Of a stretch of 14,662 nucleotides of DNA, positions 1 to 8,386 are shown piece by piece. The position numbers and the translations under genes were made by a program. The notes below the pieces were generated by a model that was not told the origin of the DNA, ran no database searches, and saw only the letters and a list, made by a program, of their open reading frames with translations. Source of the stretch: Octopus sinensis (Eukaryota). Numbering within the stretch: position 1 is the stretch's first letter; every line of letters starts with the position of its first letter. Location of the stretch: the NCBI RefSeq assembly GCF_006345805.1, contig NW_021825773.1, forward strand, positions 1 to 14,662, in the 5' to 3' direction.

Positions 1-146
1 TTTGGTGTTGTACTAGTGAATGTCTAATACATAAAAAAATAATAATAATAAATAAAAAAAAAGTTTGTTTTAAACCTTGGGATTACATAGAGAGTATTTT
101 GCGTAGGATATGAGCAGTTCCCATGAGCACTATCTTTTGAATTTCT

Positions 147-393
147 TGTGTTGTGTTCTTTCCGTGGTTAAGACGGTAGGGTGTGAGACAAAGAATATCA
201 TTGTCTCAAATGCTTACGATAGGGCTGATAGCGCAAATATACAAGTAATGGACATTCATTAGTCCTGAAACCTACATCTACAATCATTATTGTAATACAT
301 CACATGATGTGGATGTTAATTTTCATAGATCTTTCCGATGTATAAGTTCGACCTTTCTATCAAGATGAACCATCAATATATTAAATGACATCT
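147..393 (+). pseudogene. Distal fragment of the P block (decayed ORF-like sequence)
   Basis: Homologous to ~2753-3000 and 13450-13660 (gtggttaagacggtagggtg...cttacgatagggctgatagcgc...cattagtcctgaaacctac...catagatct). Confidence 0.5.
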
Positions 394-397
394 GGGA

Positions 398-546
398 CTT
401 CCTTAGGGTCCGTCTACAATACCCACTCACAAGTCTTTGCTCGGACCGAGGCTATAGTATAACAAACTTTCCCAGGTTGCCATGCAGCGAAGCTAAACCT
501 GGATCTAAGTGCTTACGGAGCAAGTTTCTTACCACATAGCCACGCC
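398..546 (-). mobile_element. Octopus-type tRNA-derived SINE, family A, 5' half
   Basis: Reverse complement of the ggcgtggctatgtggtaag...ctatagcctcgg...gtgagtgg..gtagacgga head that is seen full-length at 5531-5899. Confidence 0.85.
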
Positions 547-678
547 TATGCATGTGTGTTTATGTATAAGTCTATATATAGGATGAACAGGACAAACAAA
601 TGTTTAACTAATAGTTTTTACATGCGTGTAACAACGTTATGGTTGCTTGGAAAAGAAAAGTAACAAAAATTGATTTAT

Positions 679-815
679 CTATTCGCGTTCTGAGTTCCTT
701 TCCTGTCGAACTCCCCTTTGCCTTTCATTTCTCAGAGGTACTGAAGTCCAATTAGTCGACAGTCCACCTTCCCCACAAAACACAACTACTGGCATTCTAC
801 CTAAACCCGAAACCA
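679..815 (+). mobile_element. Diverged SINE family B remnant
   Basis: cgttctgagttc...tttgcctttcat...agtcgac...ccc resembles ttctgagttcaaattcc...ttgcctttcatcc...tcgact at 6541-6660. Further copies at 10074-10200 and 11381-11515. Confidence 0.65.
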
Positions 816-899
816 CTTTATAGGTGGCAATCTAGGATTTTAGGCCGAAGAATTGCTACGCGGTGTCATATGTAATCATGTATGGTATATAAAGATGCA

Positions 900-1129
900 T
901 GAGGATATATATACATACACAAACACGCACAAATATGTGTGCGTGTATGAGTGTGTGTGCATATGAGTGTGTGTATGTATGTACGTTTGTATATATATAT
1001 ATATATATATGAATGTATATGTGAGCGTGTGTCTACATGTATGTGAATACATGCACAAGTGTACGAGGCGAAACATCCAAACACACACACAAACACACAC
1101 ACACACACACAACACAACACACACACACA

Positions 1130-1178
<49 letters not shown>

Positions 1179-1270
1179 ATATATATATATATAGGTATAT
1201 AAATACTTATATATGTATTCATACGCATTTAGATATATACACACACATAAGCACACACATATATCAATGT
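900..1270. repeat. Compound microsatellite (TG/TA/CA)
   Basis: (TG)-rich, (TA)n, long (CA)n at ~1078-1156, then (TA)n. The counterpart is 11600-12010. Confidence 0.95.
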
Positions 1271-1287
1271 GTATACTTTTTCTTTAA

Positions 1288-1544
1288 TTCTTTTACTTGT
1301 TGAAGTCATTTGCCTGCGTCCATGCTGGAGAACAATATCATAAGCCTTTAAGCCCAATACATTGACATCAGGGATTTTTCTTTGTAAGCCAAGTACTTAT
1401 TTTATTGTCCGCTTTTGCCGAACCGCAATGTTAAGGAGGGGGCGTAAAAACCTGCTGTAAGTTATGAAAGGCTAACAAACATAGTCGCGAAGACAGACAC
1501 ACACATACACAAACAAACAAACTCACACACACTTATGCATCAAC

Positions 1545-1583
<39 letters not shown>

Positions 1584-1594
1584 ATATATATATC

Positions 1595-1625
<31 letters not shown>

Positions 1626-1788
1626 TATATAACGAAATTCTTTCGGTTTTTTCGTCTAACAAATCCACTCGTACGGCTTTGGTCACCCCGAGGCTATAGT
1701 AGAAGACACTTTCCCAAATTGCCATGCAGTGAAACTGAACCTGGATCTATCTGCTTGCGAACCATCTATCTTACCACATAGCCACGCC
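1288..1788 (-). mobile_element. SINE family A, near full length, with expanded central (CA)/(TA) microsatellite
   Basis: 3' body (ttcttttacttg..ccatgctggag..tttgtaagcc.agtactta..tttgccgaaccgc), microsatellite 1495-1630, then head (ccgaggctatagtagaagacact..ttaccacatagccacgcc). Confidence 0.85.
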
Positions 1789-2030
1789 TATGCATGTGTG
1801 TTTATGTATAAGTCTATATACAGGATGAACAAGACAAACAAATATTTAAATAATAATTCTGACGTGCATGTAACAATGTTATGGTTGCTTGGAACCAAAT
1901 GCTCACCGACAAATGATTGTCAGGAACAACATTATTCTATTAAGTTGCATAGTTATAGAATGATAGAGAGAGAGGGAAAAATAAATCATATATACATGTG
2001 TGTGTAGATACAAATGTTAAATCTTAAAAG

Positions 2031-3260
2031 AAAAGTAACAAAAATTTATTTACCTTTATAAAGCCGACTCCAAATATTACTTCAGTTTCAAATTTTTTTA
2101 CAGAAATTAAAAGTCTTATCCACTTATCTGAATATTCTATTGCCTCATATAAATTTTTTGTCTCACCTTCCAGCTTCTATCCGAAATGCATACTGAATGA
2201 AATATCCTGTTGTAATAATTCTCTATATTTTTTAAACGAGAGTGGCAGTATTTTCCCTTGATGTATGTGATTGGCTGAAATACTTTAATATCCGGAAAAT
2301 AAATCCATATTCCAGCTAGTCACCATTCCTACACGTCAAGTGTTGAAATGGTCGCTGTGTAACATAAGATGAAGTGTTCTGCGCACAATACACCACTCGT
2401 CCCAGGATCTGAAATCATGACCTTAATCACGATTTCATGTGTCCTCGACTTCAATTATATTACCAAAATGCTATTTTTCATATGTCCTGGCAACACCCAG
2501 AGAATATTCTTATCTACTTGACGCTTTTCTAAAACAAACGCCATTGTTTTTATCGATTATTGGGATTGCGATATCTGCTCAAAGACACGACCTCATCTTT
2601 CTAGTTACTAAAATGCATACCCAACCAATTTTCCTCATTTCCAAGAATATATTTCAGTTGGTTGTAAAGTATTCTAGTTGTTCACTGGCGGAATGACTAT
2701 GACCACAGGCGTTTCGGTCATGATTATCCCGTTGATTTATTTACATCGTAATGTGTGTTCTATTGTTTCTGTGGTTAAGACGGTAGGGTGGTAGACAATG
2801 GAATATCATTGTCTCAAAGTCTTACGATAGGGCTGATAGCGCAAATGTTCAAGTAATGGACATTCATTAGTCCTGAAACCTATATTTGCAATAATTATTG
2901 TAATGCATCACATGATGTGGATTTTAAATTTCATAGATCTCTCCGAAATATTAGTCCGACCTTACTATCAAGATGACGCATCAAGTTATTAAATGACATC
3001 TAGGCCTGAATTATTCTGCTACTAGCAGAAGAATGAAAGCGATATTCTACGTGGTTTACTCTCCATGTGTGTAACTTTCATGTTCATGGGTTATCTCAGG
3101 GGCAGCATTCTCTGTATGGTTTAGGGGCGTCCAGTTCACCCTGTGTAACTTGCCGGAGGTCTCACACAGCAGAAGCAGGTATTAGAGGGTAAAGACGGTA
3201 CTGAATCCCTAAGCTGTTCAAGTGAGAATCCGCATATCAATTTATTATTATTCCATATGC
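2031..3260 (+). pseudogene. P block: decayed, apparently intronless coding sequence of an unrecognised protein
   Basis: + strand translation through stops and frameshifts: ..PNITSVSNFFTEIK/LSTYLNILLPH..VFSLDVCDWLKYFNIRKINP..QLYY..WQHP/EYSYLLDAFLKQTPLF..EYISVGCK..GVSVMIIPLIYLH. Differences from the diverged copy at 8766-9760 are often synonymous third-position changes (caa cac cca gag vs cag cat cca gaa; aaa tat vs aag tac). The ORF 2439-2696 is a surviving piece. The stretch 3000-3260 is included only by continuity. Confidence 0.55.
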
Positions 3261-3314
3261 AAACAACAGTTTATATTGTGTGAGTACGTTTGTGTGTATA
3301 TATACATATATACA

Positions 3315-4027
3315 CAATTAAGATTTTGCTTACAAACTTTGTCTCCCCTTTCAGCTTCCTTTCAGCAACCATAACCATGTCTCAATATTACTATTTCCTG
3401 CAACTATCTTTGCCAATCTACCAGGGAAAAACATTCTCTTGTCAGTTTAGATAATCTCTCTTCTTTTTTCTGGTTTTAATTTCATTTGGCTTTTTCCTTT
3501 CCTGTCTCCTACTGTAACTCTTGCAACTCATAAATTATATTCACTATTATATACATCAACACTAGCAAACTCTACGGTACCTTCTGCTGATATTAAACCT
3601 CACCCACCTTCGTTATTCTAAGTAAATCTTGCTCTTCGTAATCGAGGCTGAAGTCCTCCATTCATATCGAATTCCTTCCTAGTTATTTTGTCAAGATTTG
3701 CAAATTGAGATCTTTTCCAATCAACAAAATCTGCTGAATACCGAAGTAACCATACTTCCCAAAGTTTTACAACCTTTACTAGATTTAGAACACTAAGCTT
3801 TCCCTTTATTAGCTTCTTTTCCCTTCCGATGTACTCCTTATCTATTTCCATTGTTAGTACACTCTCAGATTCTAATACTCCGAAGCACTTATGATTCTCT
3901 GCCTTCAGTGATTTTACTCTCTTGCTATCTGGCCTTCACTGCTGACTACCTGTCCCCTTCTTATGACTTATGTGGCGCACATATCTATGCCAAATTCCTA
4001 TATCTTTGCTGAAGAATCTTACAATTC
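3315..4027 (-). mobile_element. R4/Dong-clade non-LTR retrotransposon fragment (post-catalytic RT/thumb and C-terminal region), degenerate
   Basis: Minus translation: IVRFFSKDIG..KCFGVLESE..KEYIGR..LLRYSADFVDWKRSQFANLDKITRKEFDMNGGLQPR..EGG*GLISAE..ETWLWLLKG/KLKGET. This matches the R4/Dong-type pattern FSxDIxMEFG / YKYLGVLE / YSAGIIDW..LDRKTRK..MNGALHP..RKEGGRGL / TWLWL..GxLKxETE. Includes the ORF 3618-3851. Confidence 0.85.
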
Positions 4028-4199
4028 TTGTACTTATAGATGTACACACTTGCGTGTGAATATCTATAGGAATATGCCACTGCATGTATGTGTGTATATG
4101 TTAGTGCGCATATGTATATATGTATGTCTGTATGCATGTGTGCGTATACATTTATCCCCTTGACCCCTAAGTCAAACACACCCTCACTATATAGACTAA

Positions 4200-4576
4200 T
4201 CTCTATATACTCTCATATGTTTCTCATTCGCCAAATAATAGACTCTTCCAAGGCCTTCCAAATCTGATTCACTTTCTATTCAAAGATGCAACTGTTAACT
4301 TCCATTATCCTTTGCCAGGGACCTTCCTAGAAACTTTACTAACTCTTCGATCACGAAAATACCCAACACATTTATCTGAGAATTCCATGGTTTCCCAAAA
4401 GACTGGTAACGAATAATATCCTCGATAAAGGATATAATGCATTTCTGCATTTTCTTCTTCTTTCTCCAATAACGGAATGATTTGCTCAGATGGAATTCTT
4501 TACTCAATAACATGCTTAGCTATTCTAGAAACAGCTCTAAGAGACTTTGCCAATTTCTATAACCACTCTGCACAGT
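4200..4576 (-). mobile_element. Possible upstream (pre-RT) fragment of the same R4/Dong LINE
   Basis: Minus frame NCAEWL*KLAKSL...VSKVSRKVPGKG*WK weakly resembles the NAEWL...RKxPNWKAPG segment that precedes R4-type RTs. Orientation and order are consistent with the element at 3315-4027. Confidence 0.3.
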
Positions 4577-4943
4577 TCTTTTATTTGTTTCAGACATTTC
4601 ACTGCGGCCATGCTGGAGTCTTTTTAATCGAACAAATGGACCCCGGGACTTATTATTTGTAAATCCAGTACTTATACTATAGTGTCCTTTTGCTAAACCG
4701 CTAAGTTAGGAGTACGTAAACTCACCAACACCGGTTGTCAAGCGATGGTGGCGGGACAAACACACACACACACACACACACACTTACGACGGATGTCTTT
4801 CAGTTTCCGTCTCCCAAATCCACTAAAAAGGCTTAGGTCAGCCCGAGGCTATAGTAGAACGCATTTCCCCAGTGTGCCACGCAGTGGGACTGAACCCCGA
4901 ACCATGTGATTGGTAAGCACGCTACTTACTAAACAGCCACTCC
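4577..4943 (-). mobile_element. SINE family A, full length
   Basis: tttgtttcag.catt..actgcggccatgctggag..gttgtcaagcgatggtgg..(CA)n..cagtttccgtct..ccgaggctatagtagaa..gtgccacgcagtgggactgaaccc..cagccactcc is the reverse complement of 5531-5899. Confidence 0.9.
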
Positions 4944-5346
4944 TGCACCTATACTTATATTATAAATTATAAAATGAATGTTCTTGATTAACGCTAAATA
5001 TTTTTCTTGATAATTATCTGTTATAATTTATGTCCCTCCGCTCAATGATCAACCACTTCATATCACCTTTGATACACAATTTCTGCACCACATTTTTCTG
5101 TTCAAGCCGGTGTTTTAGTTGTAAACCAAACTGAGCAGTCACACTACATACGACCTTTTACATGATTTTCTATTGTATCAACGCTAAGGTATAATATATA
5201 CTTTTATGTGGCTTTGGGGAGTGGCATGAAACGGATTTCTTCTATTTGTATGTATTTCAATTACTCGTGTAACGAACAATTCCTTTAACGAAAATGGCTC
5301 GGAAAGGATTATGTGTATATATAGAGATGGCACTGGTTTGAGAAGT

Positions 5347-5505
5347 TTTGAGTCGAACTAATTGACCTCTGTACTTAATTATTTAAGCAAGGTAATTATA
5401 TTATTGGAGTATTATGGTGAACCGCTAAGTTACCGGAACGTAAACACACCAACACAGGTCATCAAGCGGTGGGACAAACACGGACACAAGGACACACACA
5501 CACAC
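5347..5505 (-). mobile_element. SINE family A, 3' body (left half of an interrupted minus-strand copy)
   Basis: agtcgaactaattgacc..aaccgctaagttac..acgtaaacacaccaacac..tcaagcggtgggacaaacac(CA)n. Confidence 0.8.
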
Positions 5506-5530
5506 TGATACATACAGACAGGCATATATA

Positions 5531-5899
5531 GGCATCCGAGTGGCCGTAGAGTAAGAAACACATGGTTCCGGGTTCAGTCCCGTTGCGAGATACCTAGGCT
5601 GAGTGTCTTCTACTATAGCCAAGGGCCGACCAAAGCCATGTGAGTGGATTTCATAGATGGAAACTCAAATAGGCCCGTCATATGTGTGTGTGTGTATTTT
5701 TGAGTCTTTATTTGTCCGTCCACCATCCCTTGACAACCGATGTTGGTGTACTTACGTCCATGTAACCTAGCGGTTCTGGAAAGGAAACTGATAGAAAAAG
5801 TAATAGGCTTACAAAGATTAAGTCTTAGGGTCGATTTGTTCGACTAAGGCGGAGCTCCAACATGGCCGCAGTCAAATGACTGAAACAAGTAAAAGAATA
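5531..5899 (+). mobile_element. SINE family A, full length, inserted within another copy
   Basis: Head with B-box-like ggttccgggttcagtccc, then gtgtcttctactatagcc..gtgagtggattt, (TG)n, ttgacaaccgatgttggtgt..ggtcgatttgttcgactaaggcgg.gctcca.catggccgcagtcaaatgactgaaacaagtaaaagaata. Confidence 0.9.
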
Positions 5900-5901
5900 G
5901 T

Positions 5902-6057
5902 CACGATGGGCTTCTTTCCGTTTCCATCTACCAAATCCACTCCTGAGGATTTTGAGAGTCCAATGCTATGGTAGAAGACATGTGCGCAGTGTGCCACGCA
6001 GTGGATCTGAACCCGAAACCAGATCTGGAAGCAAGCGTCTTACCACACAGCCGCGCC
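5902..6057 (-). mobile_element. SINE family A, head (right half of the interrupted minus-strand copy)
   Basis: acgatgggcttctttccgtttccatctaccaaatccactc..gctatggtagaagaca..gtgccacgcagtgg.tctgaacccgaaacc..ttaccacacagccgcgcc. Confidence 0.85.
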
Positions 6058-6208
6058 TAAACATGCCCACCTACACAGATTCAATCCAAGGAAACACGCA
6101 TAAAGATGAAACACTCTCTAAGCCGTTCACTTTTAATTTGTTTTAAAACATTAACATGGGTCCATTAGTGAGTGATGCTGTGTTTTGTTTTATTTCTTCC
6201 CTACACAT

Positions 6209-6343
6209 GATTCCAAATTTTGGCACAACACCAGCAATTTCGGCGGGGGAGAGGTAAGTTGATTACATCGACCCCAGTACATAACTGATATTGATTTCAT
6301 CGACCCCGAAAGGATAAAAGCCAAAGACAACCTCGGCGGAATA
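6209..6343 (-). mobile_element. SINE family B fragment
   Basis: ttgattacatcgaccccagtac.taactg..tcgaccccgaaaggat.aaag.caaag.c.acctcggcggaat is the reverse complement of the family B core. Confidence 0.8.
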
Positions 6344-6496
6344 TTTCTACTTAATATTTAATATTTATTTCGTTCATGCATTTTGAAATTGGGTGTTAAA
6401 ACAGAAATTCTTCTATTTGGAGATGGTCGTCTGTTGCCAATGAAACACGCGCAATATATATTTGATATTCACTTTATTGTTGTTGTTGTTGTTGTT

Positions 6497-6720
6497 GGTA
6501 CGCCGGGCGAACACGTTAGAGTATTTCGTCTGCGGTTACGTTCTGAGTTCAAATTCCACCGAGTCCAAATTCCACCGAGGGGATATTGCCTTTCATCCTT
6601 TTGTAGTCGATTAAATAAGTACCAGTTACGCACTGGAGGCGATATAATCGACTTAATCAGCGTGTCTGTCCTTGTTTGTCCTCTCTGTGTTAGCCCCTTG
6701 TGTGGTAGTAAGAGATAAGT
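6497..6720 (+). mobile_element. SINE family B copy with an internal 15-16 nt duplication of the B-box region
   Basis: gttctgagttcaaattccaccgag-tccaaattccaccgagg..ttgcctttcatcc..ataagtaccagttacgcactgg..atataatcgacttaatc..gtttgtcctctctgtgttagccccttgtgtggtagtaa. Confidence 0.85.
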
Positions 6721-6860
6721 ATTTCGTCTCTCACTACATTCTGAGTTCAAATTCGCTTAGATCGACTTTGCCCTTCATCCTTTCGGAGACGATAAATTAA
6801 GTACCAGTACACCACTGGGATCGATGTAATGGACTAGTCCTTGTGCTTCCAGTAGACAGG
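6721..6860 (+). mobile_element. SINE family B, 5'-truncated copy head-to-tail with the previous one
   Basis: atttcgtc..ttctgagttcaaattcgc..tcgactttgcccttcatcctttcgg..gataaattaagtaccagt..actggg.tcgatgtaat.gact. Confidence 0.8.
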
Positions 6861-6905
6861 ATAATAATAATAATAATAATTATTATTATTATTATTATTA
6901 TTATT
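6861..6905. repeat. (AAT)n immediately followed by (TAT)n; inverted trinucleotide repeat
   Basis: ataataataataataataat|tattattattattattattattatt. Confidence 0.95.
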
Positions 6906-7222
6906 TGAGGTTTAGCTGGCAGAATCGTTAGCATTTCGGCGCAAAATGCTTGGTAGTATTTCATCCATCATTAGTTTCTGAGTTCAAATCACCCGAGGTC
7001 AACTTCACATTTCAACATTTCGAGGGTCTATAAATTAAATACCAGTTGAGTACTAGGGGCTATGTAATCGACTAACTCCCCCCCATCCAAGAATATGTCA
7101 GGCTTTGTGCTTATAGTAGGAACGACTATTATTATTGTTATTATTATTATTATTATATTTTATATTATTATTATTATTATTATATATTATTATATATTAT
7201 CATTATTATTATTATTACTATT
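6906..7222 (+). mobile_element. SINE family B, full length, with tRNA-like head and (TAT)n tail
   Basis: A-box-like agctggcagaatcgttagc, B-box-like ctgagttcaaatc, body ending gtgcttatagtaggaacg, then (TAT)n at 7126-7222. Confidence 0.85.
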
Positions 7223-7439
7223 AGCATAAATTCTTTCGTATCACATACTGTGATCTCCTCAGCCACTCTCTGCTAAGCCTTTTTCTCTTATCCTGCTTAT
7301 CTGTATTAAAATTTATATTAAATGTCTACTTTTCTACTGTTTGTCAAGTGGTTTGTTTATCAAATAATTTATACTCGAACAATTGTACAACCGGAATTCC
7401 CCAATTGGTGCAGCTACATATTTTAGTAATTGTTTGAAT

Positions 7440-7512
7440 GAATAAATACACCCACATACACAACTCACTTATATGTTTGTGTGTGTGTGTGTGTGTATTG
7501 TATATATATATG

Positions 7513-7555
<43 letters not shown>

Positions 7556-8126
7556 TGTGTGTGTGTGTTTATATATATGTATATTATATATATATATAAT
7601 ATATACATATGTGTGTGGGGTGTGTGTGTATGTATATTATATATAAGCATAGTAGAAATATGTTAAAGAAAGAAAATATAAAATACACGTGGAAATGTAA
7701 GGATAAAAGATGAATATGTATATGTATATATATATAATATAATTTATCTTATATATTATATATACAGAGAGAGAGAGAGACTTTTATTGGGGGGCAACCA
7801 GATCGAACCTTCCCAGTGTTCCTGCCCGAGATGGTCGTGACTTGTGGGACTTGACTGAGGAAAGAGAGCGTTATTTTTTTACCATTTATATAAGTATGTA
7901 TGTGGTGTGTGTGTGTGGGTGTGTTGTGTGTATGTGTGTGTGTGAGTATGTGTGGGTGTGTGTGTGTTTCAATCTATGTATTGAAGTTCTGTTTGTTTAT
8001 CTGGCTAATTATTTTTCGAATTGTCTCTCTCTCTCTCTTTCTCTCTTTCTTTCTTTTTTCTTTCCTCTCTCTCTGTTCCACACTTTCATTTTCTCTCTCT
8101 TTTTTCTTTCTGACTTTCTCTCTTAA

Positions 8127-8170
<44 letters not shown>

Positions 8171-8320
8171 AATGCTATTTTAGTGTGCTGGTGCTGCTGT
8201 AGGAACTTTAATCATTAATTAATGATGCCTTACCTTATGGCATTTTTTACGCATGGTTGACACTTGATAATATTGTAAGCAATAATATCCTTATAAACAT
8301 ATATATATACATATAGGTAC

Positions 8321-8385
<65 letters not shown>
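7440..8385. repeat. Microsatellite field: (TG)n, (TA)n, (GA)n, (TG)n, (CT)n, (TA)n
   Basis: Directly visible, e.g. (CT)-rich 8025-8166 and (TA)n 8320-8385. Confidence 0.95.

Positions 8386-8386
<1 letters not shown>

Larger units (their letters stand above)
147..4027 (+). repeat. Segmental duplication, left copy (P-tail / SINE head / SINE-B remnant / SINE-A / P block / R4-Dong LINE fragment)
   Basis: Colinear by eye with 10880-14379, including non-repetitive sequence: gttatggttgcttggaaccaaatgctcaccgacaaatga, ttatccacttatctgaatattctattgcctcatat and cttacgatagggctgatagcgcaaa. Both copies share the junction gattta|tctattcgc (677/678 vs 11380/11381) and the LINE end at caatta (3315 vs 13660). 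Identity is roughly 85-90% by eye, not computed. Confidence 0.93.

Noticed and set aside
866-1303. Four overlapping ORFs rich in YI/CV/HT
   Set aside because: Translations of (TA)n, (TG)n and (CA)n microsatellites. The same applies to 7465-7666, 7842-8172 and 11575-11928.
1729-2007. ORF similar to the one at 11126-11356 (TLWLLGTKCSPTNDC)
   Set aside because: The similarity reflects DNA duplication. The frame starts in an antisense SINE head, and there is no sign of codon-level constraint.
2045-2115. Putative splice sites (minus AAG|gtaaat at ~2052; plus ttttttacag| at ~2103)
   Set aside because: Such words are frequent in AT-rich DNA, and the homologous reading frame appears to extend on both sides of the plus-strand AG.
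2439-2696. 85-aa ORF (and 87-aa twin at 13136-13399) as an intact small protein, with a passing resemblance to IRG/IIGP GTPase motifs (LVTK, PIFL)
   Set aside because: Differences between the twins are mostly nonsynonymous. The N-terminal part is out of the frame supported by the old paralog because of a 2-nt frameshift after QHP. The motif spacing does not fit IIGP.
2480-2740. Family guesses for P: GT32 (HPES, TPL), UGT/GT4 (xAMxxGxPVV), piggyBac (IDExMI), nAChR-like receptors (WxPDI)
   Set aside because: Each rests on a 4-6 residue resemblance with the wrong spacing or context, so none is supportable without profile searches.
5531-5585. tRNA genes at the SINE heads (also 6906-6990)
   Set aside because: A-box-like and B-box-like words are present, but no cloverleaf can be built and the heads continue into SINE bodies.
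6383-6750. ORFs of 111 aa (+) and 93 aa (-)
   Set aside because: They run through a (GTT)n tract and a SINE-B copy, so they are not coding.
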